Assembly (NCBI GenBank): GCA_019056785.1
Contig: DXJV01000084.1
Span: forward strand, 96,001-160,000
Length of the DNA stretch: 64,000 nucleotides
Reading direction: 5' to 3'
Source: Candidatus Heimdallarchaeota archaeon
GTDB lineage: Archaea; Asgardarchaeota; Heimdallarchaeia; JABLTI01
The translations under genes were made by a program, and so were the position numbers. Every line of letters begins with the position of its first letter. The first letter of the stretch is position 1. Under the pieces are notes generated by a model. That model did not search any database, was not told the DNA's origin, and saw only the letters and a program-made list of their open reading frames with translations. This document shows positions 50,003 to 63,701 of this stretch, in pieces.

Positions 50003-51301
50003 TTGACTAAAAATAATGAGAGAATGCTAAGAGAAGAACTTCGTGCAGCGGTAAATGAACGAGATTATTCTGTTGCTGTGGCAAAAGCCGAAGAGATGGC
50101 TCAATTCTTTGAAAGTAAAGGTGATAATACCAAAGCTATTGATTCATGGCGAGAAGTTGCAAGACTTTTTATTGAATGGGCAAATGATCAGCGTGAAAGC
50201 CGGACATATAAAAATTCGGCGAAATCGTTGGTTCATGCTGCGGACATTTTAAGCAAATTAGGAAATAACAGTGAAGCGGCACAAGCCATTGACCTGGCAG
50301 CACAAGATTTGGTTTTTGCAGGCGACGAATATGTCGTTTGGAAGCAACCCGTGGGTGCAGGTGTTTGCTATTCTGCTTCAGCAGTATTGTTTATTCTCGT
50401 GTCTCAAGAAGATAAAGCCAATCAAGTAATCAATCAAGTACGAACTCGAGTGGATGCATTGCGCCATGATTCAACTGCAAGTAATTTAATCGAATTACCA
50501 GCTCAACTTCTCCAGGCGAAAAATAACTTAGATATTCGATTATTTAACAATGTTAAAACCATGATCTATGCAAGTTTAATCCCTGCAATGACAAATAGCG
50601 GGCTTTCAGAGCTGGTTCCTTATATCGAACGAACTATTCTTGGTATAGAGGCGTTCATCAATTCCACCCAAAAGTATCCTGTGCTTGAATATGAGATCAA
50701 GATGAAAGGCGAGGTGCAAGTCGATGAACCATTCGATATTGAGGTCCTCGTCAGAAATTCGGGAGAGGATACGGCTCATCAACTTGAACTTGAGATGGTA
50801 CCGAAAGAGGAAATTACAATTGTCCGGGAATTCAGCAAACTAAAAGTCAAAGAACTTCCACCTGGCTCAGCAGTTGCTTTCACGTGGAGATGCCTTGTTA
50901 AATCTGAGAACCTCCTTGAAGAGAATCAAACGATAAATACTTCTGGCCGCCTTAGTTTTTCAGATTCAAAAGGACTCAGACAAACAATCACTATTAGTCC
51001 CATTGCCTTTACAACCATCAGTACTAAAGAACAAGAACAATTAGCAACCGAACTGAAATTAACCGAAGAAAAAATCAACAAATCTAAAGAGAAACTTTGT
51101 GAAGTGGGCGAAAAGGCAGGAAGGCAAGTTATCGAGAAAATCTTCGAAAGCATTAATCAGTTACTCAAGCAAACAAAAGGACTTCTTGATGCTGGTGCCA
51201 TTCAAAACGCGAAGAATTGGAACAAATTGTTGCAACTCCAACTCGAATTGATCAACGACATTCCTAATCAGATTACCATAAAAGAAGAAGCCAAAGAGTA
51301 A
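50003..51301 (+). CDS. SNAP/TPR-like helical domain + Ig-like domain + coiled coil
   Basis: Ala-rich helical pairs (AIDSWREVARLF, SAKSLVHAADIL); VRNSGEDTA Ig motif; GAGGAGGT before TTG at 50003. Confidence 0.6.
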   Translation: MTKNNERMLREELRAAVNERDYSVAVAKAEEMAQFFESKGDNTKAIDSWREVARLFIEWANDQRESRTYKNSAKSLVHAADILSKLGNNSEAAQAIDLAAQDLVFAGDEYVVWKQPVGAGVCYSASAVLFILVSQEDKANQVINQVRTRVDALRHDSTASNLIELPAQLLQAKNNLDIRLFNNVKTMIYASLIPAMTNSGLSELVPYIERTILGIEAFINSTQKYPVLEYEIKMKGEVQVDEPFDIEVLVRNSGEDTAHQLELEMVPKEEITIVREFSKLKVKELPPGSAVAFTWRCLVKSENLLEENQTINTSGRLSFSDSKGLRQTITISPIAFTTISTKEQEQLATELKLTEEKINKSKEKLCEVGEKAGRQVIEKIFESINQLLKQTKGLLDAGAIQNAKNWNKLLQLQLELINDIPNQITIKEEAKE

Positions 51302-51358
51302 AAAGAAGAACAACCTGTTGTCTTTATTACTAAAGTGTAAAAATGATACAACTGCCCC

Positions 51359-52777
51359 TTAAGGCATTGGAGAGTTAACCTTAATGCTCCAAGGGTATTT
51401 TTCTATGATTGATTTTACTATCGATTTAACTTTTCGTGCCTCATAGCTGTTTGCATAAAACAGAAAAACTCCCGTTCCACCTCGAATGCGTTTTAATTGT
51501 TGATAGACAGTCTTTGTTGTTCTAACCGAATCAAAAATAATTAATTGTTCGGCTTCCGGGAGATCAATATCTCTCTCACCAACAGGGGACATAACAATTG
51601 CGGCTTGCCCGGGGTACTCTCGGAATTGTTGTAAAATGGCGTTTTTATCCAACACTTTCCCTGTTATCAAAAAAGCTTTAATGTTAACTCTTTGTAAATA
51701 AGCAACTATCGTTCTGGCAGTTTTAAGATAGGAACAAAGAACAACAATTTTTTTGGTTTTCTTGGCGAGTTCAACTACTTTGAGAATTTTTTGAGGGGTG
51801 GTGGGGAGCATACTAGAATCAATTGGGAGAGGGGGATGCAAGAATTTCTTCAATTGAGAAGGGACCATTGAAAAAAGATACTTGCGAATAAGAGCTAAGG
51901 TTTGAGCTTTACTACGCAACTCCAGAGAAACCGGTGCCTGCAAAAGCGCCTGGGGGCCGATCTCCGACAGTTGTGCCAAATAGTCAGGAGCTTCAACTTT
52001 CAATGCTTCTTTAATTTCTCGATAAGCTTCTTTTAATTCATCAGTGATAATATTGGAAAGATTTGAGATTGTAGGGTCTTCAACCCCAACAAGCTCAATG
52101 GATGTTACTTTCGTGAATTTTCTAATGTCTGTTCCTGCTAAGGAATCCATATAAATTAATTCAGAATTGGGGAGATAATGCAACAGAGTATTCAACTCTT
52201 TCCGGATTTCCAGTTGCTCATTATCTAAAACATAATGCGAATCACGAAGCGTACCAGACATACCAATAATTAATGAAGAAGTAAATAACTCGAGTAAAGT
52301 TGACCATGGATAGACTAACACACGTCGTGAACCCATACGCCGGACGATTTTGTCTATTTCATTAATTATTACGATATCAAACGTACGGGCAATCTCGGGA
52401 TTTTTGGTGAGAATATTAGCCAGTTTTTGAGGTGTACAAAGCACAACACGGGACTCTGTAAGAATTTTCCGAGCAAAGGAACCACTAATACCCGGACCAA
52501 GCCAATTAAACCCATTTACTCCGCCATATTCGTGCTGAAGAAAGGCACTCGTTTCATGAAGGGAAGAAGAGGAGAGAACAATCAACAAAATACGTTTATC
52601 AGGAAAGAGCCGTGTGAGAAGCTCGTAAGTTATGACTCGCTTACCCATACCACAATCCAACTCAAGGATAATGCTTCTCCTTTTTTGAGTGTGCAATTGA
52701 ATCAAGTCTAAGATCAGTTGTTGATATCCTCGCGGGGTTATTGTACGGTTATAGTCAGCCACTGGAAGAGTCCTCAA
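51359..52777 (-). CDS. SF2 (Hef/FANCM/DEAD-like) helicase with degenerate motifs
   Basis: PRGYQ Q-motif; LDCGMGKR; CTPQKL; INEID; GMSGT; GERDIDLPEA; QLKRIR. Confidence 0.7.
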   Translation of the reverse strand: MRTLPVADYNRTITPRGYQQLILDLIQLHTQKRRSIILELDCGMGKRVITYELLTRLFPDKRILLIVLSSSSLHETSAFLQHEYGGVNGFNWLGPGISGSFARKILTESRVVLCTPQKLANILTKNPEIARTFDIVIINEIDKIVRRMGSRRVLVYPWSTLLELFTSSLIIGMSGTLRDSHYVLDNEQLEIRKELNTLLHYLPNSELIYMDSLAGTDIRKFTKVTSIELVGVEDPTISNLSNIITDELKEAYREIKEALKVEAPDYLAQLSEIGPQALLQAPVSLELRSKAQTLALIRKYLFSMVPSQLKKFLHPPLPIDSSMLPTTPQKILKVVELAKKTKKIVVLCSYLKTARTIVAYLQRVNIKAFLITGKVLDKNAILQQFREYPGQAAIVMSPVGERDIDLPEAEQLIIFDSVRTTKTVYQQLKRIRGGTGVFLFYANSYEARKVKSIVKSIIEKYPWSIKVNSPMP

Positions 52778-53035
52778 TGATTCTCTTGCACTTTTTTCTT
52801 AATAAAAGTATCAAGGGGCAAAAAGAACGCCCCTTTGATGGTAGCAAAGTGCGTGCTTGGTGCACGAAGTGAAGAACGATTAATTTTTTTGCCGAGGAGA
52901 TGATTGCTGAGGTTAAACCCAAAAGCTAAACGTTCTTCATCTACCTTTACAATGGAGCTTTGTCTTAAAAAAAGAGAAACAAAAGAGTAGACCGAAAGTA
53001 TTTCGGCAAAAAAGAAGAGAAAAGAGAAGAACAAT

Positions 53036-53479
53036 TCATTGATCACTAAGAATAACATTCTCAATGTCAAAATGCCGTTTCGCCAGAAGGCGGGCGCGTT
53101 CGATGTTTCTGCCATCTTTTCCGATCGCTAACCCTCTTTGCCCTTGCTTAATTGTCACAAATGCAAGGTCGGGTTTATTTTTCCTCCGGACGACAACGAC
53201 TTTCTCAACGGTAGCAGGTACGAGGGCATTTTTTATGAATACCTCCGGGCTGTCATCGTCTTCGATAATTTCGATGTCTTTTGCCAATGCTGACTTCAAT
53301 TTTTTAACATTGATTCCTTGTTTACCAATAGCTGTACCAATAGACCCTCGTTTAACTACAAAGATTATCCGATCCATTTTTCTATCGATAATGCAGTCTT
53401 TCGGACTAACCTTTGTAATATTCACGAAGATATTCATTGTTTTTAGTTCATCGATAGAAAGCTTAATTCCACTTGACAG
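53036..53479 (-). CDS. nusA: transcription factor NusA (archaeal, KH domains)
   Basis: AIGKQGINVK and AIGKDGRNI KH motifs; conserved N-terminus IKLSIDEL implies a start at CTG 53479. Confidence 0.9.
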   Translation of the reverse strand: MSSGIKLSIDELKTMNIFVNITKVSPKDCIIDRKMDRIIFVVKRGSIGTAIGKQGINVKKLKSALAKDIEIIEDDDSPEVFIKNALVPATVEKVVVVRRKNKPDLAFVTIKQGQRGLAIGKDGRNIERARLLAKRHFDIENVILSDQ

Positions 53480-53518
53480 TTTTGTACACGACCTGCTTCT
53501 TTCCTAATTGTTTTTCTC

Positions 53519-53827
53519 TTATTTTTTCTTTAACGAGCGGAGAATTTTACTGTCGCCCGGGTCATACACTGAGATTGCTGAAACAACATGACCACGCCCA
53601 CATAATGCCCCCAGATCATAGCCTGAGCCACTAAACTCGACGATAGGAATGTTGGCAAGCTTAGCATAATATTCAATCTGGCTTTTTTTCTCAGTAGGGC
53701 AATTTTTTGCGAGAATGATAAGTTGTGCTCTCCCAAGTTTAGTTGCTTTTATGGTTCTGTTAATCCCATAATCGCGTTTCCCGGTTCTAGCAATAATTTG
53801 AATTTCTCGGTTTAAATCGATTGACAT
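53519..53827 (-). CDS. rpl30e: 50S ribosomal protein L30e
   Basis: RTGK..G, LIILAKNCP, IEYYAKL, LGALCGR, DPGDSKI. Confidence 0.95.
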   Translation of the reverse strand: MSIDLNREIQIIARTGKRDYGINRTIKATKLGRAQLIILAKNCPTEKKSQIEYYAKLANIPIVEFSGSGYDLGALCGRGHVVSAISVYDPGDSKILRSLKKK

Positions 53828-53919
53828 ATTACTTTACTCCAACAAAATGTTTTCTCAAAGTAATGATTAATACCTTTTAATTTGCAAGGGAATTTAAAGT
53901 ATTTCTTCGCATTGAAAAC

Positions 53920-57836
<3,917 letters not shown>

Positions 57837-57849
57837 TTTTCTAGTCTCC

Positions 57850-60800
57850 TTATGCTTGGTCCTTTAATTTTAATCTAGGAGCCATTCCCAGCGAAATGAG
57901 TTCTTGTAACAGTAATTTAAATGCATAACTCATAACTACTGGAGCAACATCTGCCTCGCCTTTACAAACAGGGCAGAAGTACTTGTCACGATTGCGGTCA
58001 TAGGTGGCAAGAACACCACATTTCCCACAAACGTTTATTGTCGTTTTATCAGATTCATCTAATAATCGTTCTTTTAGAAGCAAGGCAGCACCATGGCCGA
58101 CAAGACAATCACGTTCCATTTCACCAAAACGCAGACCACCTTCTCGAGCGCGTCCTTCTGTTGGTTGACGTGTGAGAATTTGTACAGGCCCACGAGATCT
58201 GGCGTGGGTTTTGTCTTTAACAAGATGATGGAGCTTTTGGTAATAAGCTATACCCATAAAAATGTCGACGTCATATTTTCGGCCGGTAATACCATTATAC
58301 ATTGCTTGTTTACCATAATAGTTCAAACCAAGTTCTTTCAAGCCCTTAACAAGCTCGTCAGAAGAAATGCCCTCGAAAGGTGTTGCATCAACTGTGATTC
58401 CTTTCTTCGCGCCAAAAATAGCTGCCATTGTCTCGAGGATTTGACCAATAGTCATTCGAGAGGGGATAGCATGACAATTAACGATGATATCAGGAGTAAT
58501 GCCTTCCGCTGTAAATGGCAAATCTTCTGGCGGGGCGATTAAACCAATAACCCCTTTCTGTCCATGTCGAGAGGCAAATTTATCACCAAGTTCAGGAATA
58601 CGCATGTCCCGCATTTTGACTTTTACTAAACGATTGCCGTCGCTGGTTTCAGTCAGAATAACCGTATCAACAAATCCCTCTTCACTATGGCGCATGCTAA
58701 TGCTTGTTTCATGACGAATGGGTGCGCGAACTTCGAATTCACTATACTCTTCAAGAAAACGAGGTGGAGAGGTTCGGCCAATAATCACTTCATCGCCTTT
58801 AATTTGGCTCTCTGGCTCGACAATGCCATCAGCACTAAGGTGCACATAGGCTTCCGGTGGGCGGAATCCACGAACATCTTTGTCAATGCGTTCAAACTTG
58901 TCTTCTTGCCCCGCAGGATAGCGACGCTCTTCAGCCTCATATCGCCTAAAGAATGCTGAACGAGCAAGGCCACGTTCAATGGAATGTTTGTTAAAGATGA
59001 TGGCGTCTTCCATGTTATATCCTTCATAACTCAGAAGAGCAATAACCATATTTTGTCCTGCCGGTCGCTTATCAAAATTAATAATATCCATTCCATGTGT
59101 TTTTACAAGTGGTTTTTGGGGATAAAAGAGAATATGAGAGCGTGTATCAACACGTAACCGATAATTTGCAGCATACATTCCTAATGCTTGTTTAGCCATT
59201 GCAGACTCGTAAGTATTACGGGGGGATTGGTTGTGCTCTGCAAAAGGAATTAAGGAGGCGCAAATGCCAAGAATTGAACTTGGAGCAATCTCTAAATGGG
59301 TGTAGGAACTATCTTTCTCAAGGTCCTCGGGTTCCATGGCGATATAGGAACTCTCTTCTTCTTCTGCATCGAGATATTCAACAAAACCACGCTTTATCAA
59401 ATCATTCCAAGTCCAAGCGCCATTCTTCAACTTCTCGACATGTTTTTGCTCGAGTTTTAACTTGCCTTTTTCGACAATTAAAAGGGGGCGCCGTACTCGG
59501 CCGTGATCACAATTGATCTGAATTTCTTCAACGTCTTCATAAAAGTTAACATTGACTTCAGGACTAATAAGCCCTTTTCGTCTTGCCTTTTTAATACTTG
59601 CAACGAAATTTTTGGGATCGGGATGAGAGCCTAACAGGCGGCCGTTCAAGAAAACCTTGCATGCATCTGTAGACTTCATGTTTTTTAATTCATTCAAATT
59701 CAAAGAATAAAGAAAGTCTTCAATCTCCTTTTCATCAGTCCCCACACTAATGTAAGCTTCTAAAGCAAGGTTTTTCACCAAGCCACAGTTCGGGCCTTCG
59801 GGCGTCTCGCTTGGGCAAATCTTACCAAAATGAGTAGGATGAAGGTCACGAGCCTCAAAATGGGGTTGTGTCCTACTTAAGGGGCTAACAACACGCCGCA
59901 AGTGGCTCAAAGTGGAAATGTAATTGGTTCTATCGAGCAATTGGCTTACACCGGCTTTTCCACCAACCCAATTGCCAGTAGCTAAAGCGTGGCGCAACCG
60001 CTCGGTAATTACATCAGCACGAACTGCTGTTTTAATATTAGGGGTTCGCCCACGAATGGCTGTTCGTTCCAATTGATATTTAATGTCGCGGCAAAGGCTC
60101 ATAAATGCAACACGAAAGAGGGAAATAAGTGACTCACCAGAGAGTTTCAAACGTTTATTCGCATAATGATCTTTATCGTCTTCTTGTCTCTTGCCCAATT
60201 CAAGTTCAAGCAATCTTTGAGCCATCTGGCCCAAAAAGTAGGCTTTCCCAATACGGTCTTCTTCTGTCGTTCCAATGTGTCGCAAGAGGTAGCGGTCCAA
60301 AATTTCACGCGCACGCTTTATACGGTAATCTATTGTTTGCCCCACAGCGACACGTTTTCCAATAAAATCAAGAGCTTTTTCCTCATCCGTAATTTCGGAA
60401 GCTTCATCAAGAGAGGGAATGAGCTCTTTTCGGACCTCCGGATCATCAGAAACGGCTTCCACAATAGCTTTATCGGAAGAAAGGCCAAGAGCTTTTAACA
60501 AAACAGCAAAAGGAATTTTACGAGGAACAGACGGGAAACTGACACTCAAGCTACCATCACGGGAGCGCTCCATCGTCACAGGAGCACGCACACCTTGGGC
60601 CGTACTAAATACCTTTGCCATACTGGTTGTGCTTCCGGTCTTGTGTTCAATTAAAATACGGTTTGGCGCCAAATCTTCTTGGGTGACAAGCACACGTTCA
60701 CTACCATTAATAATAAAATAACCACCAGGGTCGTTGGGGTCTTCACCTGCTTTAATCAGTTCTTCATCGGTCATGCGACTTAAGGGGCAGACTTTCGATT

Positions 60801-61191
60801 TGAGCATGATGGGCATTCGACCAATAAACACAGGCGAAGTTTCTCGAGGAATCTCATTCCCTGCCTCATCAACTCGAACAGGGGTTAACTCGAGATATAA
60901 GGGAGCAGTATAGGTCAAATTCCTTATTCGGGCTTCGCTTGGATAAATATTATTAAGGGAACCATCCGCTTCACGGACATTTGGGGACTCCATATAAATC
61001 TTGTTTATCTTGACATAGTAATTTGGGATCTCCGGCTTAATGCTGCCAATCTCTTGGACAACCTTTTGCATGCCATTTTGGATAAATTCATTATAACTGT
61101 CAAGATGTTGACGAACAAGCCCCAGTTCCTTTACCATAGATTCTATAAGAATCCATCTATCTTCTATAGACAATTTATAAGTTTCAGACAT
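57850..61191 (-). CDS. rpoB: DNA-directed RNA polymerase subunit B (Rpo2, unsplit)
   Basis: GYFIINGSER, ETPEGPNCGL, GDKFASRHGQKG, GLRFGEMERD, C-terminal Zn ribbon. Confidence 0.98.
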   Translation of the reverse strand: MSETYKLSIEDRWILIESMVKELGLVRQHLDSYNEFIQNGMQKVVQEIGSIKPEIPNYYVKINKIYMESPNVREADGSLNNIYPSEARIRNLTYTAPLYLELTPVRVDEAGNEIPRETSPVFIGRMPIMLKSKVCPLSRMTDEELIKAGEDPNDPGGYFIINGSERVLVTQEDLAPNRILIEHKTGSTTSMAKVFSTAQGVRAPVTMERSRDGSLSVSFPSVPRKIPFAVLLKALGLSSDKAIVEAVSDDPEVRKELIPSLDEASEITDEEKALDFIGKRVAVGQTIDYRIKRAREILDRYLLRHIGTTEEDRIGKAYFLGQMAQRLLELELGKRQEDDKDHYANKRLKLSGESLISLFRVAFMSLCRDIKYQLERTAIRGRTPNIKTAVRADVITERLRHALATGNWVGGKAGVSQLLDRTNYISTLSHLRRVVSPLSRTQPHFEARDLHPTHFGKICPSETPEGPNCGLVKNLALEAYISVGTDEKEIEDFLYSLNLNELKNMKSTDACKVFLNGRLLGSHPDPKNFVASIKKARRKGLISPEVNVNFYEDVEEIQINCDHGRVRRPLLIVEKGKLKLEQKHVEKLKNGAWTWNDLIKRGFVEYLDAEEEESSYIAMEPEDLEKDSSYTHLEIAPSSILGICASLIPFAEHNQSPRNTYESAMAKQALGMYAANYRLRVDTRSHILFYPQKPLVKTHGMDIINFDKRPAGQNMVIALLSYEGYNMEDAIIFNKHSIERGLARSAFFRRYEAEERRYPAGQEDKFERIDKDVRGFRPPEAYVHLSADGIVEPESQIKGDEVIIGRTSPPRFLEEYSEFEVRAPIRHETSISMRHSEEGFVDTVILTETSDGNRLVKVKMRDMRIPELGDKFASRHGQKGVIGLIAPPEDLPFTAEGITPDIIVNCHAIPSRMTIGQILETMAAIFGAKKGITVDATPFEGISSDELVKGLKELGLNYYGKQAMYNGITGRKYDVDIFMGIAYYQKLHHLVKDKTHARSRGPVQILTRQPTEGRAREGGLRFGEMERDCLVGHGAALLLKERLLDESDKTTINVCGKCGVLATYDRNRDKYFCPVCKGEADVAPVVMSYAFKLLLQELISLGMAPRLKLKDQA

Positions 61192-61684
61192 TCAATGATA
61201 GCCTCACTAACACAGACTTCTAGGACAATTTTTCCTTGCCAAAAAGCTAATGATCATATTTTTATTCCAGCTGGAAGAGCACACACTCTTTTCGTATATC
61301 TTCATTTTTTAAATCTTACTACTAGGAAAGGTTTTGCTCAGCGAATATTTAACCGAAACTATTATCCAGATATTTATCATCGTACAGCTTGTGGGATGAT
61401 TCGTGACGGACAAAGGAGACGGAAAGTGAGCTCCTTACAAGTAAACAGCGAATAAAGGATTGCGTTTTTAAGGCACCACTATTGTTTTGAGCAGCTAGTC
61501 TTTTTCTTTCCCGGAGGGCTTTTTGACAGAGGATTGCTTTATCTTCTTTTTAATCATTTAAGCGAAAACCTATTGAATAATTTTTCGATGCCTTTGAAGT
61601 AAATAACGGGGATTTTTAATGGTGAAATATGGAACAGATTAATGGAAAAAACGCCCTCGGTAAAACAATAAAGGAAGCTAAGGA

Positions 61685-62641
61685 ATGCAAAGAAGTCAAG
61701 AAGTAGAGCAGCAAGTAGAAAAAGTATTAATCACCGGCTTGGACAATGCCGGAAAGAGCTCTATAGTGGACATTCTGAATTACTTGCCAACAGAAGCAGT
61801 TTTGCGAAGAACGCCAAGTCAAGAATTAGAGATTTTTAACAAATCCTTTATGAAAAAAGAATTCGTTTTTTTTATCCCACCTGGACAGGAGACTTTACGG
61901 CAAACAGAATTACACGGAACAATGAAAGGGGAATACTTTAGTAACGTTTCAACCTTTGTATTCGTCGTTGATGCAGCAGATAAATTGCGAGTACAAGAAG
62001 TTAGGCAAGAACTAAAATGTTCCTTGGAGGATCTTTTGGCGTTTTCTCCCGACTGTAAACAATTCTTAATCTTTGCCCACAAACAAGATTTAGAGGGAGC
62101 ATTAACAAGTTTCGAGCTCGCCGAAAAAATAGTAGAACCACTCCAACAGCAATTTCCTTGCTTGAAAAACAAATTCAAGCTTTTTGAAACAACAATCATT
62201 AATCCTGAGACAATTTATGAACCATTCTTAAAAGCAATCGCAAAACATGTTGGGCTTAATCGAATCGATTTCGACCAATTAGCAGAATGGATACGAGAGC
62301 AAGTAAAAGCAAAAATTGTCTTGATAACAGACGCTGAGGGATTACTGGTGGGAGAAGCACAAAAAGGGCAAGAAGACACCATCATTTATTCAGCATACAT
62401 TGCGAAGATCTTTTCAGCGACAGATGAATATCAAAGTGACATTTTCAGAGAAGGAATAAAAATAGCCATTCTCGAAGAGGAAAAGAAAGAAAACTACAGT
62501 ATAGTCTCGAGAGTCAATTGTTCAAAAAAGGATTACCTAGCCCTTTTTATCGGCAATCCAAAAGTAAACCTAGGATTAGCAAGATTAATCACCAAAAAAG
62601 GATTGGAAAGATTAGAGGTGGCATATCAACGGTACCGATAA
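61685..62641 (+). CDS. Rag/Gtr-like small GTPase fused to a C-terminal roadblock domain
   Basis: GLDNAGKSS, PPGQ, YFSNVSTFVFVVD, HKQD, ETTI; roadblock-like IVLITDAEGLLVGE. Confidence 0.78.
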   Translation: MQRSQEVEQQVEKVLITGLDNAGKSSIVDILNYLPTEAVLRRTPSQELEIFNKSFMKKEFVFFIPPGQETLRQTELHGTMKGEYFSNVSTFVFVVDAADKLRVQEVRQELKCSLEDLLAFSPDCKQFLIFAHKQDLEGALTSFELAEKIVEPLQQQFPCLKNKFKLFETTIINPETIYEPFLKAIAKHVGLNRIDFDQLAEWIREQVKAKIVLITDAEGLLVGEAQKGQEDTIIYSAYIAKIFSATDEYQSDIFREGIKIAILEEEKKENYSIVSRVNCSKKDYLALFIGNPKVNLGLARLITKKGLERLEVAYQRYR

Positions 62642-62660
62642 TAGAAAGGAGATAGAAAAA

Positions 62661-63656
62661 ATGGATGGCAAAAATGAAGCGTTTTTATTAGTGGAATTTG
62701 ACTCAATGAAAGGGCCATTGATTAGAATGGTAAGGCCAAAAAAGGCGACTTTAATTAAGAAAATAAATGAAAAGAAATTGCTAATCTGGATCATCCGTGC
62801 GACAGAATTCTCAGTTCAAAGATTAGGGGAATTAACCGTTTATGCTAAAGCCCTTGCATTGGACGACCCGAACTTTAGCCGGAAAAAAAGGCAGTTTGGG
62901 GTAGCATTTTTAACGCAACGCACGTTAGAATTAACAGTGGCACAAAAGTTACTCGAGTTATTGATCCAAAAATGCAAAAAAGAAGCAAATAACCAAGGAT
63001 ATTTTTTAATGTTACAAAAATTTTTGGAAACACTCGAGTTTGCTCAAGTTCAACTGGATGCAAATGCACTTGTAACCGAACCCGAAGAGAAAGAATTTGA
63101 TTCAAATAAACTGCAAATCTTCAATAAAATAACCTTTGAATTTAAAGAGCTTGCTAAGGAAATAATTGTAAATGCTACAAACACCACAGACCAACAAAAT
63201 AAGCAAAATAATGCACCGCTCCAATTTGAAACGAGAAAAATAAAAGCTCAAGTTGAGCTACAAGGAGAGCGCCCTCAAGATTTGAGCTTAGCATTGAACC
63301 TTTTTTTGCGTATATTGGAGAGATTACCGAAAGAAGAGTTGCAGACGAGAATTATTGCGGCAGTTGAATATCTCGACAGATTATTGTTCGAGAAAGTAGA
63401 TATCGAGTATTTCCTTTCATTTCTACATTACTTTATTTCAATGGAAGAATTCACTATCAGCGAATTTAAAAAAGAAGAATTGATCGCCCAACTGAAGAAC
63501 CTTCAAGAAACACATGGGGAATGGATAAAATGCTTAGTAACAGCAGAATTCACAGGGAAAAGCCTGGAACATTTTTTTAAAATAACGGGCTTTCGAAGAG
63601 AAGGGCTAGAATTACTAATTGATTTGCTTTTCATCAAAATAATTGCTGTTCATTAA
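62661..63656 (+). CDS. NPRL2/uDENN-like longin domain protein
   Basis: FLLVEFDSMKGPLIRMVRP and LDDPNFSRKKRQFGVAFL match NPRL2 longin motifs. Confidence 0.65.
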   Translation: MDGKNEAFLLVEFDSMKGPLIRMVRPKKATLIKKINEKKLLIWIIRATEFSVQRLGELTVYAKALALDDPNFSRKKRQFGVAFLTQRTLELTVAQKLLELLIQKCKKEANNQGYFLMLQKFLETLEFAQVQLDANALVTEPEEKEFDSNKLQIFNKITFEFKELAKEIIVNATNTTDQQNKQNNAPLQFETRKIKAQVELQGERPQDLSLALNLFLRILERLPKEELQTRIIAAVEYLDRLLFEKVDIEYFLSFLHYFISMEEFTISEFKKEELIAQLKNLQETHGEWIKCLVTAEFTGKSLEHFFKITGFRREGLELLIDLLFIKIIAVH

Positions 63657-63701
63657 TAATACATTTAAAGAACAGAGGAGAATAATGGAATGTGAATTGC
63701 A

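Noticed and set aside
52774-53115. 113-aa minus-strand ORF between nusA and the helicase
   Set aside because: Overlaps nusA in another frame; Phe/Leu-rich translation of a T-rich spacer; no motif.
61054-61455. 133-aa plus-strand ORF as a possible rpoH or new gene
   Set aside because: Antisense to the rpoB start and lacks RpoH motifs.
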